Shown here: piece by piece, positions 1 through 9,334 of the stretch
How positions within the stretch are numbered: position 1 is the first letter of the stretch
Layout: every line of letters starts with the position of its first letter
Source: Atribacterota bacterium
GTDB lineage: Bacteria > Atribacterota > Phoenicimicrobiia > Phoenicimicrobiales > Stramentimicrobiaceae
Assembly: GCA_040767965.1 (NCBI GenBank)
Contig: JAXGNR010000015.1
Span: forward strand, 1 to 37,722
DNA: 37,722 nucleotides
Direction of reading: 5' to 3'
Translations under genes and position numbers: made by a program
Notes under the pieces: generated by a model
What the model was told of the DNA's origin: nothing
Seen by the model: only the letters and a program-made list of their open reading frames with translations
Database searches by the model: none

Positions 1-694
1 AGTTGTTTTATCAGGTCTATTAAATGCACTTAAATTGGCTAATAAAAAATTAGATGAAGTTAAAATTGTTGTTAATGGAGCAGGATCTGCATCTATAGCA
101 GTTGCCAAGTTTATAATGTCAGCAGGTGCACAGAATGTTATTTTATGTGATTCAAAGGGAGCCATATATGAAGGCAGAGAAAATAATATGAATTCTGCCA
201 AAGAAGAAATGGCTAAAATTACTAATAAAGGCAAAGTTAAAGGAAGCTTAGCAGACGCATTAGTTGATGCAGATGTATTTTTAGGTTTATCAGCACCTAA
301 TGTTGTTAACCGGGATATGGTTAAAACAATGGCCGATGACCCAATTATTTTTGCAATGGCTAACCCAACTCCGGAAATATTACCGGATGAAGCAAAAGCA
401 GGTGGTGCCCGTATTATTGCTACAGGTCGTTCAGATTTCCCGAACCAGGTAAATAATTGTTTAGGTTTCCCAGCAATCTTTAAAGGTGCTTTAAGAGTAA
501 GAGCTAGTGCTATAAATGAAGAAATGAAAATTGCTGCTGCTCAGGCTATTTCTTCATGTATTCCTGAAAATGAATTAAGCGAAGACAACATTATACCTAA
601 TGTATTCCATCCAGATGTTATGAAGAAAGAAGCTGATGCAGTTGCTAAGGCAGCTATTGAAAGCGGGGTGGCAAGAATAACCGATATAAAATAA
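1..694 (+). CDS. NAD(P)-dependent malic enzyme, C-terminal part (5' end outside window)
   Basis: Frame is open from base 2 (VVLSGLLNALKLANK...), so the ORF-track start at 35 is not the true start. Motifs NGAGSA, ADVFLGLS, FAMANPTPEI, ATGRSDFPNQVNN, GFPAIFKGAL. Confidence 0.93.
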   Translation, partial: VVLSGLLNALKLANKKLDEVKIVVNGAGSASIAVAKFIMSAGAQNVILCDSKGAIYEGRENNMNSAKEEMAKITNKGKVKGSLADALVDADVFLGLSAPNVVNRDMVKTMADDPIIFAMANPTPEILPDEAKAGGARIIATGRSDFPNQVNNCLGFPAIFKGALRVRASAINEEMKIAAAQAISSCIPENELSEDNIIPNVFHPDVMKKEADAVAKAAIESGVARITDIK

Positions 695-808
695 TTTTAT
701 AACACATTTATAAAACAAAACAGTTAGTGAAAAATGTAAAAAGAATTATAATACAAATAATAATATCTAAAATAAAAAAATAATAGAAAAAGAAAAGGAG
801 AAAGAATA

Positions 809-1726
809 ATGATATTTCAAAAAACTAGAGATTTCATTGAAAAATTAGGTTTACCCGGAGGAGATCTTTTTGATCTGCCAACTTCCGGCAAAACATTCCC
901 GGATGGTGCTCATTATCGTTTAGAAACTCCAACAATTAACTCAGCTGAGGCGATTAAATCTTTGTTGGAAAATGCAAAAAGACAGGGAGTTAACATCAAC
1001 CGTGTAGATGAAACTTATGGTATCTTCAGACATACCTTAACTGAACTTAAAGAGTATGCCAAAATAGCTAACGACTTTGGTTGTGAACTGAATATGTCTG
1101 TTGGCCCAAGAGCTGTCTATGATACCGGTGCTACAGTTCAAACTTCACAGGGTGTTCGCGTAGGTTATAGATTAAGAGGTATGGAACAGGTTGTCAGAGC
1201 TGTTGAAGATATTAAAAGAGCAGTTGAATGTGGTATTCGTGGAATTCTTATCTATGACGAAGGACTACTCTGGCTGGTTAACGAGATGAGAAAAGCAGGA
1301 GAATTACCTAAGAACATGCATTTTAAAACATCAGCTCACTGTGGACATTGTAACCCGGTGTCATTTAAAGTCTTAGAAGATTTAGGCGCAGATTCAATCA
1401 ACCCTATCAGAGACCTTTCATTACCAATGCTTGCAGCTCTTAGAAGAGGAACCAGCTTACCATTAGACTTGCATACTGATAATCCTCCAGCTTCCGGTGG
1501 TTTCATCCGTTCTTATGAAGCACCAGAGATTGTTCGTGTTGCCTCTCCATGTCACTTAAAAGCCGGAAACTCAGCTGTTTCTGCTCATGGACAAATTACC
1601 AATGCTCATGATGGTCAAATGATGGCTGATCAGGTTGTTATCGTGAAAGAAATGGTAGACAGATACTTCCCTGAAGCTATCCAGAGTGAACCAAATCAGG
1701 CAGATATGGCTATTCCTGAAGTGTAA
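809..1726 (+). CDS. Uncharacterised TIM-barrel protein (resembles the 'peptidase U32-like' hypothetical family)
   Basis: 305 aa with AAGGAG RBS. Alternating beta/alpha pattern (RGILIYDEG, FKTSAHCGHCNP, LGADSINP, LPLDLHTD, HLKAG). Family assignment is from recollection only. Confidence 0.5.
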   Translation: MIFQKTRDFIEKLGLPGGDLFDLPTSGKTFPDGAHYRLETPTINSAEAIKSLLENAKRQGVNINRVDETYGIFRHTLTELKEYAKIANDFGCELNMSVGPRAVYDTGATVQTSQGVRVGYRLRGMEQVVRAVEDIKRAVECGIRGILIYDEGLLWLVNEMRKAGELPKNMHFKTSAHCGHCNPVSFKVLEDLGADSINPIRDLSLPMLAALRRGTSLPLDLHTDNPPASGGFIRSYEAPEIVRVASPCHLKAGNSAVSAHGQITNAHDGQMMADQVVIVKEMVDRYFPEAIQSEPNQADMAIPEV

Positions 1727-1804
1727 GGACAAACAAATTATTTATGTAATAAGTATTGTTGTAAATACTTGAATAGTAAATAAATATAAGGAAGGAGAGA
1801 ATAA

Positions 1805-2179
1805 ATGGCAAAAGATAGAATCACAGTTAATGAAAGCGAAGTAGAATCAATAAGAAGGGATCCACCCAGAACATCAAAAATATTGTTAACTGAACATACT
1901 GTAGGTGCCACCAGTATGGCAATGGGGGTTAACTACACAGATGTAGGAAGTATGATTCCTGATGGTGTACATGAAAATCAAGATGAGGCTATGTTCTTAA
2001 CTCAAGGAAGGGCAAAATTGGTTATAAATGATAAAGATGAATATATTATGGAAACCAATACAGCCTTTTTTGTAAAAGCAGGAACAAAACATCGCATCGA
2101 GAATATTGGTGATGAACCTTTTAAGATTGTATGGGTTTATTCTCCACCACTTCCAGCTCATCTTAAAGACGATAAATAA
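1805..2179 (+). CDS. Cupin-domain protein
   Basis: VHENQDEAMFLTQG and FVKAGTKHRIENIGDEPFKIVWVYSP cupin motifs; AGGAG RBS. Confidence 0.85.
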   Translation: MAKDRITVNESEVESIRRDPPRTSKILLTEHTVGATSMAMGVNYTDVGSMIPDGVHENQDEAMFLTQGRAKLVINDKDEYIMETNTAFFVKAGTKHRIENIGDEPFKIVWVYSPPLPAHLKDDK

Positions 2180-2191
2180 AAAGAATAAAAA

Positions 2192-2228
2192 CTATAGGGC
2201 TGACATAATTTATTGATCAGCCCTATAG
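2192..2228. terminator. Stem-loop (terminator or mRNA stabiliser)
   Basis: 12-bp perfect inverted repeat CTATAGGGCTGA / TCAGCCCTATAG just after the cupin stop; no U-tract on the + strand. Confidence 0.65.
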
Positions 2229-2342
2229 AAAATAATACAAACCATCCAAGAGAATTATTATTGTGAAATTAAATAATAGTTAAGTTTTATTACCCTATCT
2301 TCTATCATTGTTTCTTTTTCATAGTCATAAAAAGGAGAGGAA

Positions 2343-3359
2343 ATGAAAGCAGCAGTTTTGCACACAAAACAAGAAATTAGAATTGAAGATTTACCCGCAT
2401 TGGAAATAAAGCAAAATGAAGTTCTGGTAAAAATTTTTAGTTGTGGAATATGCGGAACTGATTTTCATGTTTATACCGGGGAGAGAGAAGTAAAATTACC
2501 TCTAATACAAGGACATGAAATAGCTGGAAAAATAGTCAAGGTTGGTAAAAAGGTTAGCAAAGATCTTGTTAATAAAAGAGTAGCCATTGAGCCGAACTTT
2601 TCCTGCGGGAAGTGCTTTTTTTGTAAAAAAGGAAGACACAATCTATGTGAGAATAAGCAAACCTTAGGTTTAACCCTACCTGGTGGTTTTTGTGAATATA
2701 TTGCGATACCTCAGGAATATGCCTGGGAAATTAGCGAGAAAATATCTTATGATGAGGGCGCCCTCGTAGAACCTTTAACAGTTGGTTTACATGCTATAGA
2801 AAGAGCAGATGTAAAAGTAGGACAAAAAATAGTTATATTTGGCTTGGGTATTATTGGACTTTCTCTTGTTCAATTTGCAAAGTTAGCTGGAGCCAAGGTA
2901 TGTGCAATAGATCTAATAAATGAGAGGCTGGAATTAGCGAAGAAATTTGGAGCAGACAAAGTATTCAATGCTTCAACAGAAGGAACCACATTAGATGAAA
3001 AAATAAAAAAGTGGAGTAATGGTTATATTGATTGTGTATTTGAGGCAGTTGGTGTACCTAAAGTACAGGAAGAGGCTATTTCCATCGTGAGACCTGGTGG
3101 TAAAGTGGTTCTTGTAGGTCAATCGGGAGAACCAATGAAATTATCATCTTTCGTTGCTACACGTAAGGAGTTAGACATAATTGGAACAATTGCTTGTTTA
3201 TATGACTTTCCAACCGTAATTGATTTTTTAGATAAAGGCCTGATAAATGCTGGTTTACTCATTACACATAGATTTAATATGAATCAAACAAAAGAAGCCT
3301 ATAAGGTTATCCAAAACAAGGAAGCTATTAAAGTAGTATTACATTGCCAGGAGTATTAA
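2343..3359 (+). CDS. Zn-dependent medium-chain alcohol/polyol dehydrogenase
   Basis: CGICGTDFH and GHE catalytic Zn ligands, CGKCFFCKKGRHNLC structural Zn site, GLGIIG Rossmann motif followed by Asp (NAD preference). Confidence 0.92.
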   Translation: MKAAVLHTKQEIRIEDLPALEIKQNEVLVKIFSCGICGTDFHVYTGEREVKLPLIQGHEIAGKIVKVGKKVSKDLVNKRVAIEPNFSCGKCFFCKKGRHNLCENKQTLGLTLPGGFCEYIAIPQEYAWEISEKISYDEGALVEPLTVGLHAIERADVKVGQKIVIFGLGIIGLSLVQFAKLAGAKVCAIDLINERLELAKKFGADKVFNASTEGTTLDEKIKKWSNGYIDCVFEAVGVPKVQEEAISIVRPGGKVVLVGQSGEPMKLSSFVATRKELDIIGTIACLYDFPTVIDFLDKGLINAGLLITHRFNMNQTKEAYKVIQNKEAIKVVLHCQEY

Positions 3360-3484
3360 TTTTTGCTATTGTTATAATTATCTAACAAGTTTAATACTTT
3401 ACAAGTACAAGAAAAATATTAGTTATTTGTTAATATAGAGAAGATAATATTATAAATAATATCACATGAAAGGAAGTGTTTTAT

Positions 3485-4438
3485 ATGGGAAAATGGAATT
3501 TTCCACAAGAAGGTTGTTTGGATAAAGATAATGGAATGTATCTCCAAACAATGAATACTAAGTCATTAAAAGAAAGATTGTCTAAAGATGATGTTATAAT
3601 AATTCCAGTTGGAAGTACCGAATGCCATGCTGCACATTCTCCTTTTGGGGAAGATACTTTTTTAGTAACTAGAATGGCAGAACAGGTTGCCGGTAAAACC
3701 GGATGTACAATTGCCCATCCGGTTTGCTACGGTTCACATCCATACCAGCATGTTGGCATGCCGGGTACAGTAATTATTCCGGAATTTGTTTTTATTGACT
3801 ATCTGGTAGCAGTTATTGCAGGTCTGTGGAATGCCGGTTTCCGCAAACAGATTCTTTTAAATGGACATGCCCAGGAATATGTCATTCCAAATGCAATACA
3901 TATGTTTGAAAAAAAATACAAAGTACCGGCAGTTATTGCTAATGTAAACTGGCCTTTTGCAGCTGCTCAATTTTTAAAAGATAAAGAACACGGAGGCCCT
4001 TTTGATACACCATTCAGACATGCTTGTGAAGTTGAAACATCCCTTGCCATGGCCTTATTCCCTGAATTTAACCATCTTGAAAACGCAGTAGATACAAAAC
4101 CCCTCGGGCTAATTAAAGGTGATCATGTTGATAAGGGTGGAGATATTTATCAAAGACCATTACCTGGTCAGTGTCAGGTGGGATTTAGTGCAATGGAGAT
4201 AAAAGGAACTCCAGAGGGAGTTGTGGGTTCGGCAACCAAGGCTGATCCTAAAAAGGCACAACAGGCAGTAGAATCAATATTAGATTACCTGGTAAAATTA
4301 CATGATGATATATTGGAAGCATTTCCTCCAGGAAAATTACCCGATGCTGAATTGATGTCTGAAAGACCCAAAGAAGAGATTGAAAAAGTATTAAAGGGAC
4401 CTTTAAATGGAGGAGTTAGTATTTACGCATTGGATTAA
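3485..4438 (+). CDS. iolN: Creatininase-family hydrolase, closest to 3-dehydro-scyllo-inosose hydrolase IolN
   Basis: IPVGSTECH..H...GEDTFLVTRMAEQVA, GFRKQILLNGH, HACEVETS, PEGVVG match the Thermotoga IolN subfamily as I recall it. ATG 3485 is better spaced from AGGAAG (3471-3476) than GTG 3476. Confidence 0.78.
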   Translation: MGKWNFPQEGCLDKDNGMYLQTMNTKSLKERLSKDDVIIIPVGSTECHAAHSPFGEDTFLVTRMAEQVAGKTGCTIAHPVCYGSHPYQHVGMPGTVIIPEFVFIDYLVAVIAGLWNAGFRKQILLNGHAQEYVIPNAIHMFEKKYKVPAVIANVNWPFAAAQFLKDKEHGGPFDTPFRHACEVETSLAMALFPEFNHLENAVDTKPLGLIKGDHVDKGGDIYQRPLPGQCQVGFSAMEIKGTPEGVVGSATKADPKKAQQAVESILDYLVKLHDDILEAFPPGKLPDAELMSERPKEEIEKVLKGPLNGGVSIYALD

Positions 4439-4490
4439 AATAGAACCTGAGAAGAAATACTATTATTTGTTTGATATGGAAATACTAAAA

Positions 4491-4529
4491 GATAGTAACT
4501 GATGTAAATTAATTACATCAGTTACTATC
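4491..4529. terminator. Stem-loop (terminator or stabiliser)
   Basis: 17-bp perfect inverted repeat GATAGTAACTGATGTAA / TTACATCAGTTACTATC with a 5-nt loop. Confidence 0.7.
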
Positions 4530-4665
4530 CTACAAATATATCAAACCATTTTTATCTTTAAGTTGAAACATAATTTAATATCAATTTATAATACAAAATA
4601 ACTACTTGTGAATATTATAATTATTTATTTCATTAAAAAATATAAACATAGAAGGTGGGAAAAAT

Positions 4666-5733
4666 ATGGCTGATAATTCATTAGCAGCAATTAAAGTAAC
4701 AAGTTTTGATTTAAACAAGTTTTGCCTGTCTTGTTTCTCAAAAATTGGAGTGACTGAAGAACATGCAAAAATATTAAGCGATACTATCGTTCAGGCAAAT
4801 TTAAGAGGTGTTGATTCGCATGGAGTTTCTCGATTACCCGGTTATATCAATAGGGTAAAAAAAGGTTTAATTGAATACCAGGAAACCATAGATATAATAG
4901 AAAAGAACCTTTGTGTTAGTTTGATTAATAGTAAAAATAATTTTGGACAGATTGCTGCCTATTATGGAATGAAAGAAGCTATTAAAAAAGCTGATAAAAA
5001 AGAAACAGGTGTGGGTTTTGTAGGAATAAGTCATACTAATCATATTGGCATGGCCGCCTATTATGCTATGATGGCAGCTAAACAAGGCATGATTGGAATT
5101 GTAATGTCTAATTCACCTTCTACTGTAGCTCCATTCGGAGGGGCAGAGCCTATCTTAGGAACAAATCCTCTTGCAATAGCTATTCCGGCTGGTGATGAAT
5201 ATCCAATTGTTTTAGATATGGCAACCAGCGTTGTCGCCAGAGGTAAAATAAGACTTTCATTAAATAATAAACAGGAAATACCTCTTGGCTGGGCAGTGGA
5301 TCCGGAAGGCAATCCTACAACTAATCCGGAAGAGGCTATAAAAGGCGCTTTATTACCGTTTGGAGGACCCAAAGGATACGCCATAGGGCTAATCATTCAT
5401 ATATTATCAACTTTATTAACCAACTCAGCTAGAGAATATGAGATAAAATCAATAGATGATTTAACAGGAAAATCAGAAGTTGGTAATTTTATGGGAGCAA
5501 TAAGGATAAGCAGTTTTATTTCACAAGAAATATTCAATCAAGAGATTGATGAACTTATTCAGAGAATCAAAAATTCAAAACGGGCAAAAGATGTAAATAG
5601 AATATATCTTCCAGGAGAAATAGAGTTCGAGGTTCAAAAAGATAGAGAGAAAAATGGAATCCCTATTTCTGATGGAGTCGCAAAAAATTTAAGAAAACTC
5701 GCTGAGCAATTAGAGATTTCAATGAATTTTTAG
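4666..5733 (+). CDS. Ldh_2 family (malate/L-lactate/sulfolactate/ureidoglycolate-type) dehydrogenase
   Basis: RGVDSHG, NHIG, GTNPLA, LDMATS, GGPKGY and PGE motifs. Confidence 0.92.
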   Translation: MADNSLAAIKVTSFDLNKFCLSCFSKIGVTEEHAKILSDTIVQANLRGVDSHGVSRLPGYINRVKKGLIEYQETIDIIEKNLCVSLINSKNNFGQIAAYYGMKEAIKKADKKETGVGFVGISHTNHIGMAAYYAMMAAKQGMIGIVMSNSPSTVAPFGGAEPILGTNPLAIAIPAGDEYPIVLDMATSVVARGKIRLSLNNKQEIPLGWAVDPEGNPTTNPEEAIKGALLPFGGPKGYAIGLIIHILSTLLTNSAREYEIKSIDDLTGKSEVGNFMGAIRISSFISQEIFNQEIDELIQRIKNSKRAKDVNRIYLPGEIEFEVQKDREKNGIPISDGVAKNLRKLAEQLEISMNF

Positions 5734-5800
5734 TATAATCAATATTAATTAGAATAATAAAATATAAGTAATACAAACTTATTTAAAGGAGGAGAAGGAA

Positions 5801-6472
5801 TTGGACGAATCAAAAGAAAAAATCCTTGAAAGAATGAAGGAACGGAAGAGTATCAGGGATTATAAGGAAGGAAAAGTAAGCGAAGAGGATTTAAAATTAA
5901 TTTTAGAGTGTGCTAGATTTGCTCCTTCAGGTGAAAATGCCCAGCCATGGAGATTTATTGTGGTAAAAGATACTGAAAATAAAGAATTTTTAGCACAAAT
6001 TTCCAAAAATGGCAGTGGAAGAAGATTTACTGGAGAATTTTTAAGTAAACATATGCAGGCGAGGTTTGCAGGATTAAAAGATCCCGAAAAGAGAAAAAAA
6101 GCATTCAAAAAATTAACTTCAGGAAGCGTTTCAGCCTTTGTAAGCCAGGCTGATTTGATTTTAATTGTATGTGGTAAGAAAAATGTTTGGGACACACCCT
6201 ATGATACTTCAGCCGCCATAGAAAATATTTTATTAGCAGTAACTGATTTGAACTTAGGTTCCTGCTGGGTAATTGCTCCATGTATCGATGTTAGAGACGA
6301 AATGAAAATTAAAGAACATTTTAATATTCCTGATGATGTGAAAGTTGTGAGTATTTTTCCTATAGGCTATCCGTCAAGAATTCCAAATGTTCGCCCGAGA
6401 ATTGCCTTAGAAGATTTAGTATACAATGAAAACTATGGTAATAATTATTATAAAAAAGAGGAGGCTGAATAG
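5801..6472 (+). CDS. Nitroreductase-family flavoprotein
   Basis: RKSIRDY, APSGENAQPWRFIVV, LGSCW and IGYP motifs; TTG start after AGGAGGAG. Confidence 0.9.
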   Translation: MDESKEKILERMKERKSIRDYKEGKVSEEDLKLILECARFAPSGENAQPWRFIVVKDTENKEFLAQISKNGSGRRFTGEFLSKHMQARFAGLKDPEKRKKAFKKLTSGSVSAFVSQADLILIVCGKKNVWDTPYDTSAAIENILLAVTDLNLGSCWVIAPCIDVRDEMKIKEHFNIPDDVKVVSIFPIGYPSRIPNVRPRIALEDLVYNENYGNNYYKKEEAE

Positions 6473-6925
6473 ATGGTACCCGAAAAAGATTTTAGAGAAA
6501 ATTTATTTTTTGAAGCAGTAAGAGAGTTTTGGAACGAACGGGGAAGGGGTGCAAGATATCGCCTAACAACAGTGGGCGTTTCCTTTTTTAAAGACAAAGT
6601 AAAATTAGGCAAATCAAGAGAAGAAAATATTGAAAATTTTAAGAAATATTTAATTGATAATAATTATTGTAAAGCCATAGAATTCAATGATGAGGAATTT
6701 TCGTTTTCAGTTAAAATAAATGATTGTTGTTTGATGAATATTAGAAAGCAATATGAGGATAAAAATATGGAAATTTTAAGCTGTCCTATTGCTAATATGT
6801 TTATGTATATTTATGAATTAGAAACAGGCATGTCTCCAGAATTGCTGCCTGTTGAAGTAAATGAGGGGCAGTGTAAATTAACCATGGGAAAAATGGGAAC
6901 TGATAAAGTAACTGAAGTGGAGTAA
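6473..6925 (+). CDS. Hypothetical protein, possibly V4R-like small-molecule or metal-binding domain
   Basis: 150 aa, ATG directly after the nitroreductase TAG, GAGG RBS. Cys pattern DCC...SCP...QC resembles V4R-type folds. Confidence 0.45.
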   Translation: MVPEKDFRENLFFEAVREFWNERGRGARYRLTTVGVSFFKDKVKLGKSREENIENFKKYLIDNNYCKAIEFNDEEFSFSVKINDCCLMNIRKQYEDKNMEILSCPIANMFMYIYELETGMSPELLPVEVNEGQCKLTMGKMGTDKVTEVE

Positions 6926-6954
6926 TAAAATCAAATAATGTATTGGTGAAAAAA

Positions 6955-7006
6955 ATTGAAACTGGTCAAAAAGATTTCTAAAAATATATTATTGATTAGT
7001 TTCAAT
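6955..7006. terminator. Imperfect stem-loop upstream of first tctC
   Basis: ATTGAAACTGGTCAA pairs with TTGATTAGTTTCAAT (15 bp including two G-U pairs). Confidence 0.4.
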
Positions 7007-7070
7007 AATAAACAATCTCAATATATTTATTTACAATAGATTTAGAGAAAATAAGAAAAGGAGGTATTTT

Positions 7071-8084
7071 TTGAGAAAAATAATCAATATTATTGGGTTA
7101 ATTGCCGTTGGATTGCTATGTATCATTAGTATTAGTTTTGCAGATGTCTATCCTGAACACAATATACAATGTGTGGTGGGTTTCCCCCCAGGTGGCCCTA
7201 CTGACGTAATTGCCCGGGGATCAGTTCCAATTTTACAGGAAATTTTAGGAGTTGGTGTTGCTATTACCAATATGCCGGGTGCCTCTGGAGCAACAGCAGG
7301 AAAACATGTCTTAGACCAGCCTGCGAATGGCTACACATTTTATTATGGTTCTGAAATAATGTCAGTTTGGCAAACAATGGGCACAATGGATGTTTCTCCA
7401 ACCAGAGACTTTGTTCCAGTTAAAATAGTAGCACAGGCAACTCCAGTATTGGCAGTTCCTCCAGATTCTCAATTTAATTCAGCAGAGGAATTTGTAAAGT
7501 ATGCCCAGGAGCATAAAGGAGAATTAAGACTTGGCACTGCTGGTCCTGGTACGGTTCCACATATTTCCGGTTCATTGTTACAGGAAGTGTTAGGTTGTGA
7601 ATTTACCTTTGTTCCATATCAGGGTGGCCCACCAGCAATTAATGCAGTTATGGGCTCCCAGGTTGATGCAACTATCGAAATGGTACAGTCCATGGTTTCT
7701 GCGCATAAAGGTGGACAATTGAAAATACTGGCTTCCTTTACAAATGATCCAATACCTGGTTTAGAGGAGATACCTCCTATTGGACAAATTTATTCTGAAT
7801 TGCAAAAAGATTTGCCCTATGGTCCTTATTTTGGCCCTTTTGTTAAGAAAGGAACACCTCAGGAAGTTATTGATACTTTAAAAGAAGCAATGGATAAAGT
7901 AATTGAAGATCCTCGTTGGATTGAATACACTGACAATTTCTTCCTGACAAGGGTCAATTACAGCGGAGAAGAAGCTTATGAGTTTTTAGATGCTTGGACC
8001 GCAAAAGCAGCCTGGTTACTTTATGATACAGGAGCTGCCCCTAACTCGCCTGAAGAATTTGATATTCTTAGATTAGCTGAATAA
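7071..8084 (+). CDS. tctC: TTT substrate-binding protein (TctC/Bug), copy 1
   Basis: Signal peptide, YPEHNIQCVVGFPPGGPTD..AR, NMPGASG, PANGYT, VPYQGG; AAGGAGGT RBS and TTG start. Confidence 0.93.
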   Translation: MRKIINIIGLIAVGLLCIISISFADVYPEHNIQCVVGFPPGGPTDVIARGSVPILQEILGVGVAITNMPGASGATAGKHVLDQPANGYTFYYGSEIMSVWQTMGTMDVSPTRDFVPVKIVAQATPVLAVPPDSQFNSAEEFVKYAQEHKGELRLGTAGPGTVPHISGSLLQEVLGCEFTFVPYQGGPPAINAVMGSQVDATIEMVQSMVSAHKGGQLKILASFTNDPIPGLEEIPPIGQIYSELQKDLPYGPYFGPFVKKGTPQEVIDTLKEAMDKVIEDPRWIEYTDNFFLTRVNYSGEEAYEFLDAWTAKAAWLLYDTGAAPNSPEEFDILRLAE

Positions 8085-8143
8085 AATTTAATACATATAT
8101 TTATGTTAATATTGAGAAATAGTTAAATAATATAACTTTATTT

Positions 8144-9278
8144 ACATTAAAGGGGGAAATAAAAATATACTTAAAAAAGGGGTGGATTTATGAAAAGAAT
8201 TAACAGTTTCAATTTAATTTTAATAATTATGGTTGTGCTATTCGTTTTTAGTAGTGTTAGTTTGGCAGAATCTTACCCGGAACACAATATACAGTGTGTT
8301 GTGGGATTTTCTCCAGGTGGCCCTACCGATGTTATTGCACGAGGATCAGTTCCTATATTACAAGAAATATTAGGAGTAGGAGTAGCAATTACCAATATGC
8401 CAGGAGCCGCAGGAGCAACTGCAGGAAAACATGTTTTAGATCAACCCGCTGATGGTTATACATTCTATTTTGGTTCTGAAATAATGTCAGTTTGGCAAAC
8501 AATGGGAACAATGGATGTCTCTCCAACCAGAGACTTTGTGCCTGTAAAAATTGTGGCAGAGGCAACTCCTGTTTTAGCAGTTCCTCCTGATTCTCCTTTT
8601 AATTCAGCAGAGGAATTTGTAGAGTATGCCCAGGCACATCCAGGAGAATTAAGAATTGGTACTGCCGGACCAGCTTCAGTTCCCCATGTTTCAGGTTTGA
8701 TGTTAACACAGGAGCTCGGAGCAGAATTTACCTTTGTTCCATATCAGGGTGGTGCACCGGCTATTACAGCAGTTATGGGTTCCCAGGTTGATGCAACTAT
8801 CGAAATGGTACAGTCCATGGTTTCAGCATATGAGGGCAATCAGTTAAAGATATTAGCTTCATTTACTAATGAACCAATACCTGGGTTAGAAGAGATAATA
8901 CCAATAGGGCAACTTTATCCTGAATTACAGGAAGAACTCCCATATGGTCCATATTTTGGGCCAATGTTTAAAGCCGGAACTCCACAAGAAGCAATTGATG
9001 TTTTAAAAGAAGCAATGGATAAAGTAATTGAAGATCCTCGTTGGATTGAATACACTGACAATTTCTTCCTGACAAGGGTCAATTACAGCGGAGAAGAAGC
9101 TTATGAGTATCTGGATAATTGGACCGCAAAAGCAGCCTGGTTACTTTATAATTCAGGAGTTGCTCCTAATTCTCCAACACAGTTTGGAATTAAGAATTTA
9201 AATCTTTTACGAAAATTAGGAAATTAATAATATTAAAAAGTACATTAAGTTAATTTAATAATATTCCCCCTTTAATGT
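8144..9278. repeat. 15-bp perfect inverted repeat pair flanking tctC copy 2
   Basis: ACATTAAAGGGGGAA (8144-8158) and its reverse complement TTCCCCCTTTAATGT (9264-9278). Confidence 0.8.
8190..9227 (+). CDS. tctC: TTT substrate-binding protein (TctC), copy 2; tandem paralogue of copy 1
   Basis: Same motifs and long near-identical stretches with 7071..8084. Confidence 0.93.
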   Translation: MKRINSFNLILIIMVVLFVFSSVSLAESYPEHNIQCVVGFSPGGPTDVIARGSVPILQEILGVGVAITNMPGAAGATAGKHVLDQPADGYTFYFGSEIMSVWQTMGTMDVSPTRDFVPVKIVAEATPVLAVPPDSPFNSAEEFVEYAQAHPGELRIGTAGPASVPHVSGLMLTQELGAEFTFVPYQGGAPAITAVMGSQVDATIEMVQSMVSAYEGNQLKILASFTNEPIPGLEEIIPIGQLYPELQEELPYGPYFGPMFKAGTPQEAIDVLKEAMDKVIEDPRWIEYTDNFFLTRVNYSGEEAYEYLDNWTAKAAWLLYNSGVAPNSPTQFGIKNLNLLRKLGN

Positions 9279-9334
9279 GATTTTTTAAATTAAAAAAGTC
9301 GTACTTAAGAGTAAGAAAGAAAGGATGAAGAATT

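Noticed and set aside
35-37. ORF-track start of malic enzyme at 35
   Set aside because: The frame is open back to the window edge and the N-terminal domain is missing, so the gene starts upstream.
2343-3359. Calling the Zn-ADH iolM
   Set aside because: Only generic medium-chain dehydrogenase motifs are visible and it seems shorter than IolM as I recall it; adjacency to iolN is not enough.
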